A program made the translations under genes and the position numbers. The notes below the pieces were generated by a model that saw only the letters and a list, made by a program, of their open reading frames with translations, did not search any database and had not been told where the DNA came from. Below, piece by piece: positions 38,739 to 48,604 of a DNA stretch of 64,000 nt (its first letter is position 1; every line of letters starts with the position of its first letter). The stretch comes from Thermoanaerobaculia bacterium (lineage in GTDB: Bacteria; Acidobacteriota; Thermoanaerobaculia; Gp7-AA8). The stretch spans positions 64,135-128,134 of the forward strand of contig DASPNA010000152.1 of NCBI GenBank assembly GCA_035626775.1, written 5' to 3'.

Positions 38739-39845
38739 GTGCGCGTCGTCTTCGTGAATCGCTACTTCCATCCGGACCATTCTGCAACAAGTCAGATCGC
38801 GACCGACCTCGCGTTCCATCTGGCGTCGCGCGGGTGGGAAGTTGCGGCCATCACCAGCCGGCAGCGCTATGACGACGCGAATGCGAAGCTCGAGTCCGGA
38901 ATCGCGAATGGCGTGCAGATCCAGCGCGTGTGGTCGACGCGCTTCGGCCGCGCGGGCCTGCTTGGCCGCGCGATCGACTACGTCACGTTCTACCTGAGCG
39001 CGTTCTTCACCATGCTGCGTCATCGTCGTGCCGTTCTGATCGCGATGACCGATCCGCCGCTGCTCTCCGTCATCGCGGCAGTCGCATCGAATCGCGTCGT
39101 GAACTGGGTGCAGGACCTGTTCCCTGAAGTCGCCGAGTCCCTCGGGATCCGCACGCCGCGCGTGTTTCGCACGCTGCGCGACTGGTCGCTGCGCCGCGCG
39201 CGCGCGAACGTCGTCCTCGGCGAGTTGATGGCCGCGCGCGTACCGAAGAGCGTGATCATTCACAACTTCGCGGATGCCGCACTCGCGCCACAACCGCGTC
39301 CCAACACCGACAGCTTCGTCGTCGGTTACTCCGGCAACCTCGGTCGCGCGCACGATTTCGACACCATCGCCGGCGCGATGCAGCGGCTGCCCGACGTGCG
39401 CTTCCTCTTCACCGGCGCGGGCGCGCAACTCGACGCGGTGAAACGCGCAGCAGGCGCAAACGCGACGTTCCGCCCCTACGCGCCGCGTGAAGAACTGAGC
39501 GCGAGTCTCTCCGCGGCCGACGTGCATCTCGTGTCGCTGAAGCCGTCGCTCGAAGGCCTGATCGTGCCGAGCAAGTTTTATGGCGTGCTTGCGGTGGCGC
39601 GGCCGGTGATCTTCATCGGCGCGCGCGACGGCGAGCTGGCGCGCATCATCGAGGCGCATCGATGCGGTATCGTCGTCGGCATGGGTGACGTCGACGGGCT
39701 CGTGAACGCGATCAGCTCGCTCGCAGCCGATCGCGAAGAAGCGGCGGCCATGGGCGGGCGCGGACGCGACCTCTATCTCGAGCGCTTCGCACCGCGGCAC
39801 GCATTCGCGGCGTGGGAACGCGTGCTCGAAGAGGCCGCTTCGTGA
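38739..39845 (+). CDS. Glycosyltransferase, GT4 family (WcaI-like)
   Basis: MRVVFVNRYFHPDHSATSQ N-terminus. GTG start lies 3 bp from the divergent carbamoyltransferase start. Confidence 0.8.
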   Translation: MRVVFVNRYFHPDHSATSQIATDLAFHLASRGWEVAAITSRQRYDDANAKLESGIANGVQIQRVWSTRFGRAGLLGRAIDYVTFYLSAFFTMLRHRRAVLIAMTDPPLLSVIAAVASNRVVNWVQDLFPEVAESLGIRTPRVFRTLRDWSLRRARANVVLGELMAARVPKSVIIHNFADAALAPQPRPNTDSFVVGYSGNLGRAHDFDTIAGAMQRLPDVRFLFTGAGAQLDAVKRAAGANATFRPYAPREELSASLSAADVHLVSLKPSLEGLIVPSKFYGVLAVARPVIFIGARDGELARIIEAHRCGIVVGMGDVDGLVNAISSLAADREEAAAMGGRGRDLYLERFAPRHAFAAWERVLEEAAS

Positions 39846-41125
39846 CGCGCACGCAGCGGCTGTTCGTGCTCGCGTCGATCGCAATCGCGTCGGCGCTGCT
39901 GCTCGCGACGTTCCTGCTCATGCCATCGCTGATGACCGATCCCGAACGTCCCGGCGAGCTCGAGCCGCTCGTCGCGTGGCTGGCGTGGCATCCGGCGGAC
40001 TGGCTGGCGGCGAGCGCGATCACCGACCGCTCGCTCGACTCGCCGTTGCCGCTGCGGCAGCGCATCGCGTTGTGGCGCAGCAGTTACGCGCTCGCGCATT
40101 ACCTCGCGCCGCTGCGGCCGAATGCGACCGCCGGCTTCGTACGCGCAGGACTCTTTCACTGGTACGAGCTCGGGAAAGCCGATCGCGACGAGATCCTGAA
40201 TGCGGCGCGGCCGCTGCTGCGCGATCCGAAAGTTTTTGAATCGATGCACCGCCCGCTGTGGGAGCTCACGCGCGACCTCGGCTACCTGCGCCGCGCCGCG
40301 CCGCCCACGATCCCTTCGCTGCTGATGCTGCGCGAGCTCGCGCTGACCAGCGGCAATTTTCACGAGTATCGCGAGCTTCGCACCGCACTGCGTGAGGCGC
40401 GCATGAACGAATTCCACGCGAAACGCGCGACCGCGACGATCGCCGATCTCATCGCGCTGTTGCCCGAGTCGGTCGGCGATGCCGATGAGCCGCTCGTGCG
40501 CGCGATTCTCGAAGAAATTGATCGCAGGCCGTTCGACGTCGAGCAAATGGGGCATCGTCTCGAAGAGCTTGCGCTGTTCGCCATTCGCCATGAAGTGAAG
40601 CCGCTCACCGCGCTGCAGCCACTCGTCGAGATCAACGGCAAGCTCACCAATCCGACGCGCGCACGCCTCGCCATTGCCCTCGGCGACCGCGCTGCTGCCG
40701 TGCGCGTGGAGCTACTCACCACCAGCACCACCGCGCCGGCATGGATGCGGTACCACCTCGAGCGCGCCGCGTTCGAGGAGCGGCAGGGCGATTCCGCGAT
40801 GGCGGCGCTCTATCGCGCGCGCGCGGCGGCCGCGGAGCCGCAGCACTTCGGCGCATGGGAAAACTACTGCTCGCCTCAGGAGCTCTGCACGTCGGTCTTC
40901 CGCACGCACGAAGCGTCGTTCGAGTTCAGGCTCGCCCCGGCGCAAACGGATGAGATCCCGCCCTACGTCGAGGTGTACCTCGACGACGTGCTGATCGCCG
41001 AAACGGAGATCCGCGAAGAGAAAACGTTCACCGTGAAGACCGGCCCGGGCCTGCATCGCACCGAGGTGCGGCTGGTGAATCGGCATATGCGCAATGGCGC
41101 TCAGCGGCGCGTGCGCCTGTCGTGA
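39842..41125 (+). CDS. Hypothetical membrane-anchored protein (single N-terminal TM)
   Basis: LFVLASIAIASALLLATFLL TM. The remainder is soluble and Ala/Arg/Leu-rich with no recognisable motif. GTG overlaps the upstream stop. Confidence 0.45.
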   Translation: MTRTQRLFVLASIAIASALLLATFLLMPSLMTDPERPGELEPLVAWLAWHPADWLAASAITDRSLDSPLPLRQRIALWRSSYALAHYLAPLRPNATAGFVRAGLFHWYELGKADRDEILNAARPLLRDPKVFESMHRPLWELTRDLGYLRRAAPPTIPSLLMLRELALTSGNFHEYRELRTALREARMNEFHAKRATATIADLIALLPESVGDADEPLVRAILEEIDRRPFDVEQMGHRLEELALFAIRHEVKPLTALQPLVEINGKLTNPTRARLAIALGDRAAAVRVELLTTSTTAPAWMRYHLERAAFEERQGDSAMAALYRARAAAAEPQHFGAWENYCSPQELCTSVFRTHEASFEFRLAPAQTDEIPPYVEVYLDDVLIAETEIREEKTFTVKTGPGLHRTEVRLVNRHMRNGAQRRVRLS

Positions 41126-42558
41126 TCGACTGACGCGACTGCCGCACCGATGATCGCCGCGAGCGTGGCAGGGTTCGATGGAATGTGGAAGTTGAAGTCG
41201 AAGAGCGCGTGCACCATCGCGATCGTCAGGCTGCACAGCGCGGCGACCTGAAAAGCGCGGCGGCGCCACGTAAGCTCCTTCGCCGAAGCGCCGAACGTCA
41301 TCCGCACCAGCGCGACGTAGCCGCCGAGCAGCGCCACGATGCCGATCATGAATCCGAGCGTGCCCGCCGTGGCGGCCAGCTCCGCGTAGTCGTTGTGCGC
41401 GTGGTGGTAGATCTTCGTCAGGTCCTGCGATTGCTCCATCGACACCACGCGCTCGAACGTACCCAGGCCGCTGCCGAAGACCGAGAAGCGCTGCCATAGC
41501 TCGAACGCCGCGGCGATGCCGATGCGCCGTCCGACGAACGTCTGGCGCTCGAACTCCGACGGCACGAAGCGCGCGACCGTGCGCTCCGGCCCGAGGTAGA
41601 AGACCAGCGCGCCGACGAGCACGAGTCCGCCGGTGGTGGCGAGTGCGACACGCGCGAGCCGGCGGCCGGGCAACAGCGCTGCGACGAAGAGCAGGCCGCT
41701 GCCGAGGGCGAGAAGGGCCCCGCGCGATTGCGCAAGGAGGATAGCGGCGAGGCACGCGCCTGCGGCCACGATCGCGAACCCCGTCGCGAGCACGCGCTGC
41801 TCGAGCAGCAGCACCAACCGGCGAGCGACCGGAATATCGTCACTGCGGCCCGACACGTGCCACGCGAACGCGATGAGAAACAACGCGAGCGGCAATACGA
41901 TCGCGACGTAGTGCGCGAAGTGATTGGGATTCACGAACGTACCGGTGACACGATTGAAGATCAGGCGATTGGGCCAGCCCCAGATCTCGTAACGCTGCAG
42001 CGCAGCCTCGCGCAGTCCGTACATCGACTCGAAGATCGCGGTCGAGCAGAGCACCGTCGCGAGCGCCATGCGGCGCATGTGGTGGCGGATGAGCAACGCC
42101 GCGGCGGTAAACGCGGCGAGGATCGACGCGATGCGGAAAAGCTCGAGCGTGGTCGCGCGCGGATCGACTGTGATCGGATGTGTATCGCCGACCGCGAGAC
42201 CGGCGAAACGCGCGACGCGCGTCGCGGTTCGCCAGATCACTTCCGATTCCGGCGACAACAACGCGAGTGCCGAAGGCGGCAGCGGCAGCAGTTGAAATGC
42301 GCCGGTGACCACGAGCAACGCGCCGCCGACGGACCAGATCACCCACGCACGTGAAGGTTGTGTCGCGTTGGCGCGATCGCGCATCGCGTAGAGCCGCGCG
42401 ACGGCGGCTACCGCGCAAATCAGCAACGGGACCGCGATCAGCGGCAGCCGCGCGCGCGGAACGATCGAGCCGAACGGCAACGGCAGCCACGCGAGCCACG
42501 CCAGCAACACCACCAGACAGCACCGTTCCACAACGGCAATGCGACGCGTTCCGGGCAT
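41101..42558 (-). CDS. O-antigen ligase (Wzy_C) family membrane protein
   Basis: Multi-TM. Motif KIYHHAHNDYAELAATAGTLGFMIGI is a typical Wzy_C/WaaL signature. Confidence 0.75.
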   Translation of the reverse strand: MPGTRRIAVVERCCLVVLLAWLAWLPLPFGSIVPRARLPLIAVPLLICAVAAVARLYAMRDRANATQPSRAWVIWSVGGALLVVTGAFQLLPLPPSALALLSPESEVIWRTATRVARFAGLAVGDTHPITVDPRATTLELFRIASILAAFTAAALLIRHHMRRMALATVLCSTAIFESMYGLREAALQRYEIWGWPNRLIFNRVTGTFVNPNHFAHYVAIVLPLALFLIAFAWHVSGRSDDIPVARRLVLLLEQRVLATGFAIVAAGACLAAILLAQSRGALLALGSGLLFVAALLPGRRLARVALATTGGLVLVGALVFYLGPERTVARFVPSEFERQTFVGRRIGIAAAFELWQRFSVFGSGLGTFERVVSMEQSQDLTKIYHHAHNDYAELAATAGTLGFMIGIVALLGGYVALVRMTFGASAKELTWRRRAFQVAALCSLTIAMVHALFDFNFHIPSNPATLAAIIGAAVASVDHDRRTRR

Positions 42559-42684
42559 GGATGCGGCGCATTGTAGACCGGGTGTGGGTTAAAGATGAGC
42601 CCACATCGTGCTAAACTCCTGCCAATTCGTGATTTATGGGTGGAGGGTAGTGTGCGCGCCGTGAGCCAACGGATATTGACGATC

Positions 42685-43914
42685 ATGATGGCTGCGGCCA
42701 TCACTCTCTCAGCCGCGGGGCAGGCCCCGCAGAATATGCGCGATCGCGATCCCAACCTCGACGCGACGCGGGAGCTCTACGAACAGCTCCAGCAGGCAAA
42801 TTTCCACTCTGGCCCCTTCTACCTCTGGTCGCGCTTCCGCATCTCGGACGCCGGCTTCTCCGAATCGGGCTACGTTCCGACTGGCGAGCACGGCAACGGT
42901 TTGACGCTCGCGGTCGAAGCGCCGCAACGCTTCTTCTTCGTCCCGCGCAAGAAGATGATCTTCACGGTCGACGTCGTCCCCGGATACAGCTTCTTCCAGT
43001 CGGACGAAGGTGAAGGGCAGTTCAATTACTCCGCGCGCGCCGACGCGCACTTCCTCTGGAACCATCTCTATCTCGACGTCTACGGCGCGCGCGCCGATCA
43101 ACTGCGCGCGCATGTCGCCGACATCAACCGCCTCGCCACCGCGCGCGAGGACGAAGTCGGCATCGCCAGCGAGTGGAAGTACTCGAGCCGCACCAGCGGC
43201 ATCGTGAATGTGCGCTATCGCAACACTTCGTATCCGACCGATCGTTATCAGCCCGAGATCAACTCACCGCAAAACGATTTCAATCCGATCAATCTCCTCG
43301 ATCGGAACGAGCGCAACGCGCGAGTGTCGTTCAATCACAAAACCTTCCCGCTCACTTCGCTCTTCGCGTCGGCAGAAGTCAGCGACTACGGTTTCCGCTT
43401 CGCGACGTACAAGGACAGCCGGCGGACGTGGTACGGCGCAGGCTTCAACTACAACAGCGGCCGCACGAACATCCGCGGCGAGGCCGGACCGCTGAAGCTC
43501 GAGTTCGAGGACGCGACGCAGCGCGATTTCACCGGCGTCGGTGCCAACCTCGACGTCTCGCGCGTCAATGGCCGCTGGACCTACGTCGCCTCCGCCAGCC
43601 GCGACCTCGGCTTTTCGGTCTTCGCCGCCAACAACTACTACATCGCCAACAAGCTCAGCGGCGGCATCGACTACGCGGCGACGCGCCGCCTGACGCTGCG
43701 CACGAATGCCGTATGGGAACGCGACGAGTACGACGTGCAGGTGCGCGGCAACGACCGTGAAGATGAGGTCGTCTTCACCAGCGTCGGCTTCAACTACGCC
43801 ATTCGACGCGTCCGCGCCGGAGTGGATGTCGGCTGGTACGAGCGGGATTCCACCTTCGGCGGAGACGTGGACTCCGGAATACGTTACGTGCTCCATTTGT
43901 CGTTCGTCCCGTAG
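42685..43914 (+). CDS. Putative outer-membrane beta-barrel protein of the EPS locus
   Basis: Signal-like MMAAAITLSAAGQA. Tyr/Phe/Asn-rich with alternating hydrophobic pattern. Ends in aromatic ...LSFVP. Assignment by composition only. Confidence 0.45.
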   Translation: MMAAAITLSAAGQAPQNMRDRDPNLDATRELYEQLQQANFHSGPFYLWSRFRISDAGFSESGYVPTGEHGNGLTLAVEAPQRFFFVPRKKMIFTVDVVPGYSFFQSDEGEGQFNYSARADAHFLWNHLYLDVYGARADQLRAHVADINRLATAREDEVGIASEWKYSSRTSGIVNVRYRNTSYPTDRYQPEINSPQNDFNPINLLDRNERNARVSFNHKTFPLTSLFASAEVSDYGFRFATYKDSRRTWYGAGFNYNSGRTNIRGEAGPLKLEFEDATQRDFTGVGANLDVSRVNGRWTYVASASRDLGFSVFAANNYYIANKLSGGIDYAATRRLTLRTNAVWERDEYDVQVRGNDREDEVVFTSVGFNYAIRRVRAGVDVGWYERDSTFGGDVDSGIRYVLHLSFVP

Positions 43915-44094
43915 TCGATTGTCCAAATAACAAAAACCCGCGTCAACGAACGTTTCACGGTCGCGTCACATCGTTGACGACGGGGACATGACAGCGGAAC
44001 GGGTAGCTTCATCACGGTCCAATTCGGTCAATGAAGTGAGCCCGCTCCGCCGCCGGCTTTCGCCGGCGGCGTGTGTGCGTTGGGGAAGGGTCTG

Positions 44095-44928
44095 ATGAGA
44101 CGTACTGCGATTCTGATTCCGTTCGTCGTCCTGGCCGGCATTGCCGCCGCACAGGAGTTGCCGATTCTGTCGTACGACACGCCCATCGGCTCGCGCGACG
44201 TGCTCGACATCAGCGTGCTCGAGGACAAATCGATCGCAGCGAAAGTAACGGTCAGCGAAGAGGGAACGGTCGTGCTCAACGTTCTCGAGAAGGTACACGT
44301 CGCCGGACTCACCGCCACGCAGATCGAGGCGAAGCTCAAGTCGCTGCTCGAAGCGTCCTATCTCGCGAAGGCCACCGTGACCGTGCAGGTGCTCGAGTTC
44401 TCCAGCAAGCCGATCTCGGTCGTCGGCGCGGTCGTCCGTCCGGGCCGCATCAGCGCCACCGGAAACACCACCCTCATCCAGGCCATCACGCAGGCCGGCG
44501 GTCTCGCCACCGGACACGGTAAGGAGCTGTACGTACTGCGCACGGCGTCGAACGGCATCAGCGAGCAGGTCGCGATCTCGATCGATGAACTGCTCATCAA
44601 CGGCAATCCCGACGTGAACATCCCGCTCGCGCCGAACGACCTGGTCAACGTGCCGGCCGATACGCCGATCACGATCTACATGCTCGGCGAGTTCGCCAAG
44701 CCGGGCGCGACGCTCTTCCGCAGCTCGCAGACGCCGACGCTGCTGCAGGCGATCTCTGCCGCGGGCGGCTACACCGACCGCGCCGGGAAGAAGATCGTCA
44801 TCACGCGCCTTGTCGATGGCAAGAGCGAGCGCATGGAAATCAACTATCGCGACATCCTGTCCGGCCGGAAGCCGGACATGGTTTTGCGCGATAACGACAC
44901 CGTTTTTCTCGACGCTGCTCTATTCTGA
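44095..44928 (+). CDS. Polysaccharide export protein (Wza-like; Poly_export + SLBB domains)
   Basis: Signal peptide. Motifs PIGSRDVLDISVLED...VSEEGTV and GAVVRPGRISATGNTTLIQAITQAGG. Confidence 0.8.
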   Translation: MRRTAILIPFVVLAGIAAAQELPILSYDTPIGSRDVLDISVLEDKSIAAKVTVSEEGTVVLNVLEKVHVAGLTATQIEAKLKSLLEASYLAKATVTVQVLEFSSKPISVVGAVVRPGRISATGNTTLIQAITQAGGLATGHGKELYVLRTASNGISEQVAISIDELLINGNPDVNIPLAPNDLVNVPADTPITIYMLGEFAKPGATLFRSSQTPTLLQAISAAGGYTDRAGKKIVITRLVDGKSERMEINYRDILSGRKPDMVLRDNDTVFLDAALF

Positions 44929-44946
44929 TCCGGCGCGAGGGCCGAC

Positions 44947-47163
44947 ATGGATCTCAATACGCAGCAGCACGACGTCCATCTCCTCCACTACTGGAACGTC
45001 ATCCGGAAGCGGTGGAAGGTCGCGCTGGCGATCGTGATCGTCGTGATGCTGGGAACGTTCCTGGCGAGCTACTTCTCGAAGCCGCTCTACGTTTCCACGA
45101 TCCGCATTCAGATCGACCGCGAATCGAACACGGTCACGATCGAAGACATCTTCGGCATCGCCGCGTCCGATCAGGAGTTCCTGCAGACGCAGTACGAGCT
45201 GCTCAAGAGCCGCGGTCTCGCGTTGCGCGTGGTCGAGGACCACAAGCTCTACAACGATCGGGAGCTTTACCCTCCCGGCGTGGCCGGCAAGACTCCCGCC
45301 GAAGTGCAGGGCATCAAAGAAGGCATCGCCGGCGGACTTCTCGGCGGCATCACCATCACGCCGGTGCGCGGCACGTCGCTGGTCGACATCTCATACATCG
45401 GCGGCTCGCCGCGGCTCGCGCAGAAGATCGCCGAGGCATGGGGCGATTCGTTCATGCGGATGAACATCGCCAAAAAACTCGATGCGGTGCAGCAGGCCAG
45501 CGACTTCCTCGATCGGCAGATTGCCGCCGTGCAGCAAGACCTCGAAGGCAGCCGCCGCGAATTGCAGGAGTACGGCCGCACGCACGGCATCATCTCGATG
45601 GGCGAGGACAACAGCGACGACGTCGTGATGTCGAAGCTCGAACAGCTCAATCGCAGCCTGACCGAGGCGCAGAACGCGGTGTTCCAGAAGGAAGCGGCGT
45701 TCGGCGCGTTGCAGCGCACCGACGCGGAAGCGATTGCAGCGAACGACGAGGTCGTGCAACGTCTCACCAGCGAGTTGAGCGCGTTGCAGCGCGAGTACAG
45801 CGAGAAGCTCTCGACGCTCAAGGAAGGCCATCCCGACATGAAGCGGCTGGCCTCCCAGATCGAGAAGGCGCGCGCGTCACGCTCGCAGTCGGTCCAGCAG
45901 TCGTATCGCAAGCAGCTCGAATCTGCGCGCGCCGAATACGCGGCCGCGCAGGCGCAGGCGAACTCGATCCGCTCCGCTTACAACCAGCAGCGCAGTGAAG
46001 CGCAACGTCTGAACGCCGATTCCGCCGGTTATCTCGACCTGCGCATGGCGGTCGAGAACAAGCAGGCGCTTCTCGGTTCACTGCAGAAGCAGCTCAGCGA
46101 AACGCAGGTCGCAGCGCGCTTGCGCGGCTCGGCCTCGTCGAACATCCACTGGGTCGATCACGCGCCGCTGCCCGGCGGCCGCTTCAACCTGTCGATGAAG
46201 AAGAACCTCCAGAACGCGTTTCCGCTTGGCATGATCCTCGGCTTCGCGGCGATCTTCTTCCTCGAGTACATGGATCGTTCGATCAAGACGCCGGAAGAAC
46301 TGGAGCGGCTGACGCAGTTCGCATCGCTCGGCGTGATTCCGTCCGCGTCATCGATGGCCGCGCGTCAGGCCGGATATGGTCAGGAGTACGGACGCGCGCT
46401 GCCTCGCCTGCGCGCGGTCGACACCGGCGACAAGTCCGCGGGTGTCGAGCTGATCCCGCACACCGATGCACGCTCGCCCGTGTCGGAAGCGTATCGCGCG
46501 TTCCGGACGTCGCTGCTGCTCGCCTCCGCGGCGTCGCCCAAGATCATCGTCATCACGTCGTCGTTCGCGCGCGAAGGAAAGACCACGACGTCCGTCAACC
46601 TCGCCACGGTACTCGCGCAAATGGGCAAGCCGGTGTTGCTCGTGGACGCTGATCTCCGCCGCCCACGCCTGCAGAAGGTGTTCACCGGCAAGATGAACCT
46701 CGGCCTCGTGAACTACCTCGCCGCGAACATTCCGTTCGAAGACATCATCCAGGCGACCGACGTGCCGAACCTTTCGGTCGTGTTGTCGGGACCGATTCCG
46801 CCGAATCCATCCGAGCTGCTCGCGTCGGATCGGATGAAGCACATCATCGAGGAAGTGCGCAGCAAGTACGCGTACGTGATCTTCGACTCGCCGCCCGTGC
46901 TGGCGGTAACGGACGCGATCGTGCTCGCCGCGAACGCGGACGGCGTCGTGCTGACCGTGCATGGCGGCCAGACTCCGCGCGAGCTCGTGCAGCGCTCCTC
47001 CGAGCGCCTCCGTCAGGCCAACATCCCCGTCCTCGGCGCGATCCTCAACAACCTCGACCTGCATCAGTACGGCTACTCGTACAAGAGGAGCTACTACGAC
47101 TACTACGAGTCGAACGAGGACGAGGGGACGCCCGCGGCGGAACGCCCGCGCAAGTCTTTGTAG
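44947..47163 (+). CDS. Wzc/GumC-like polysaccharide co-polymerase with C-terminal BY-kinase (tyrosine autokinase) domain
   Basis: N-terminal Wzz-like TM and coiled-coil region. C-terminal Walker A SSFAREGKTTTSVNLA plus VLLVDADLRRP and Walker B YVIFDSPP. Confidence 0.85.
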   Translation: MDLNTQQHDVHLLHYWNVIRKRWKVALAIVIVVMLGTFLASYFSKPLYVSTIRIQIDRESNTVTIEDIFGIAASDQEFLQTQYELLKSRGLALRVVEDHKLYNDRELYPPGVAGKTPAEVQGIKEGIAGGLLGGITITPVRGTSLVDISYIGGSPRLAQKIAEAWGDSFMRMNIAKKLDAVQQASDFLDRQIAAVQQDLEGSRRELQEYGRTHGIISMGEDNSDDVVMSKLEQLNRSLTEAQNAVFQKEAAFGALQRTDAEAIAANDEVVQRLTSELSALQREYSEKLSTLKEGHPDMKRLASQIEKARASRSQSVQQSYRKQLESARAEYAAAQAQANSIRSAYNQQRSEAQRLNADSAGYLDLRMAVENKQALLGSLQKQLSETQVAARLRGSASSNIHWVDHAPLPGGRFNLSMKKNLQNAFPLGMILGFAAIFFLEYMDRSIKTPEELERLTQFASLGVIPSASSMAARQAGYGQEYGRALPRLRAVDTGDKSAGVELIPHTDARSPVSEAYRAFRTSLLLASAASPKIIVITSSFAREGKTTTSVNLATVLAQMGKPVLLVDADLRRPRLQKVFTGKMNLGLVNYLAANIPFEDIIQATDVPNLSVVLSGPIPPNPSELLASDRMKHIIEEVRSKYAYVIFDSPPVLAVTDAIVLAANADGVVLTVHGGQTPRELVQRSSERLRQANIPVLGAILNNLDLHQYGYSYKRSYYDYYESNEDEGTPAAERPRKSL

Positions 47164-47164
47164 A

Positions 47165-47268
47165 CGAGTACCTCGGGTACCTCGGAGTTCCTCGGAGGGG
47201 CGTGGTCAGGAGATACTCCTTCTCCCCCGAGGAACTCCGAGGTACTCCGAGGAACTCCGAGGTACTCG
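47165..47268. repeat. Family A hairpin repeat, copy A3 (between wzc-like and cpsB-like)
   Basis: GAGTACCTCGGGTACCTCGGAGTTCCTCGGAGG ... CCCCGAGGAACTCCGAGGTACTCCGAGGAACTCCGAGGTACTCG. Confidence 0.8.
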
Positions 47269-47270
47269 TA

Positions 47271-48065
47271 ATGATCGACATCCACCACCACTGCCTGCCC
47301 GGTGTCGATGACGGTCCGGGCGAGCTCGATGAAGCGGTCGATCTCTGCGCCGCCGCAGCGGAAGCGGGGATCGAAACGATCGTGGCGACGCCGCATGTGT
47401 TGCGCGGGCGGTGGCGGGTGTTCTCGCGGCTCGAGTTGCAATCGCGGCTCGACGAGCTCCGCGCACGCGTCGGAGAAACGCCACGCATCCTCCTCGGCTG
47501 CGAATACTTTTTCAGTCACGACATGGCCGATGTGCTGCGCGAAGGCACGTCCGTGTTCGCGCTGGCGGGCAGCCGTTACGTGCTGCTCGAGCTGCCGGCG
47601 AACAGCGTGCCGCCGATGTTCAATCAGCCGCTGTATCGTGCGCAGCTCGACGGATGGCTGCCAATCCTCGCGCATCCGGAGCGCAACACGGTCTTTCAAG
47701 CGAATCCGGAGATCCTCGCGGCGCTCATCGGCCATGGCCTGCGCGTGCAGCTCACAGCGACGAGCCTGACCGGCGCATTTGGATCGCACGCGCGTGCGGC
47801 GGCGGAGACGCTGCTGCAGCGCCGGCTCGTGCATTTCGTGGCCACGGATGCGCATAACACGAGCAAGCGTCCGCCGCGGATGGCCGAGGCGCTGGCGGCG
47901 CTGCGGGAGCTCGTCGGAGAGGAAGTCGCGACGGCGTTGACCGTCGATAACCCGCGCGCCGTGATCGAAAACCGGGCGCTGCCGTACGATCCGGAACCGC
48001 AGGAAGTCGACTCTCCCGGACTTTTCACGCGACTCCGCGGGTTTTTCCGCCCGAACCAGGCTTAA
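47271..48065 (+). CDS. CpsB/YwqE-type PHP-family protein-tyrosine phosphatase
   Basis: MIDIHHHCLPGVDDGP ... ATPHV ... HPER ... TDAHN motifs. Confidence 0.8.
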   Translation: MIDIHHHCLPGVDDGPGELDEAVDLCAAAAEAGIETIVATPHVLRGRWRVFSRLELQSRLDELRARVGETPRILLGCEYFFSHDMADVLREGTSVFALAGSRYVLLELPANSVPPMFNQPLYRAQLDGWLPILAHPERNTVFQANPEILAALIGHGLRVQLTATSLTGAFGSHARAAAETLLQRRLVHFVATDAHNTSKRPPRMAEALAALRELVGEEVATALTVDNPRAVIENRALPYDPEPQEVDSPGLFTRLRGFFRPNQA

Positions 48066-48079
48066 AATCCGAGGAAATC

Positions 48080-48589
48080 ATGAAAGCTCGCGCCACGATC
48101 GCCGCTGCTGCACTCCTGCTTGCCACCGTTGGCGACGCTGCTCCCGCTGCGTCGATGCAGTTCACGCCAGTGTCGTGCATCAAGGCGGGCGAGCTTCCGC
48201 TGCTGCAGCTCAACATCGATGGCAAGGGCGAGTTGCGCAGCTATTTCCGCCGCATCAACAGCACCGACTGGTGCTCGGTGGAAGGTCTGAACGACGGTCC
48301 ACTGTCGCGCGTGACGTTGCCGAAGTTCGAGAACGGCGACGAGATCGAGTACTTCTTCGTGCTGCTCCAGGGCCGCCGTGTTGTCGCGCGTAGCCCGCGC
48401 ATCTATCGCTCGCGCGTCGGCGACGATTGCCAGTTGCCCTTCTCGCGCCACGTGCTGAACCTCTCGCTGAGCTGCGGCGAAGAAGTGCAGGCCGTGCCCT
48501 CCGCGATGGGCGCCGGCTACGCGGTCGAGGATCAGTTGATCATCGGAGACCCGCCGACCGGTTCTCCCGATCGGCCGATCGACCAGTAA
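48080..48589 (+). CDS. Secreted Cys-containing hypothetical protein at the distal end of the EPS locus
   Basis: Signal MKARATIAAAALLLATVGDAAPAAS. 6 Cys. No recognisable motif. Confidence 0.5.
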   Translation: MKARATIAAAALLLATVGDAAPAASMQFTPVSCIKAGELPLLQLNIDGKGELRSYFRRINSTDWCSVEGLNDGPLSRVTLPKFENGDEIEYFFVLLQGRRVVARSPRIYRSRVGDDCQLPFSRHVLNLSLSCGEEVQAVPSAMGAGYAVEDQLIIGDPPTGSPDRPIDQ

Positions 48590-48604
48590 GCGCGCGCATC
48601 TCGC

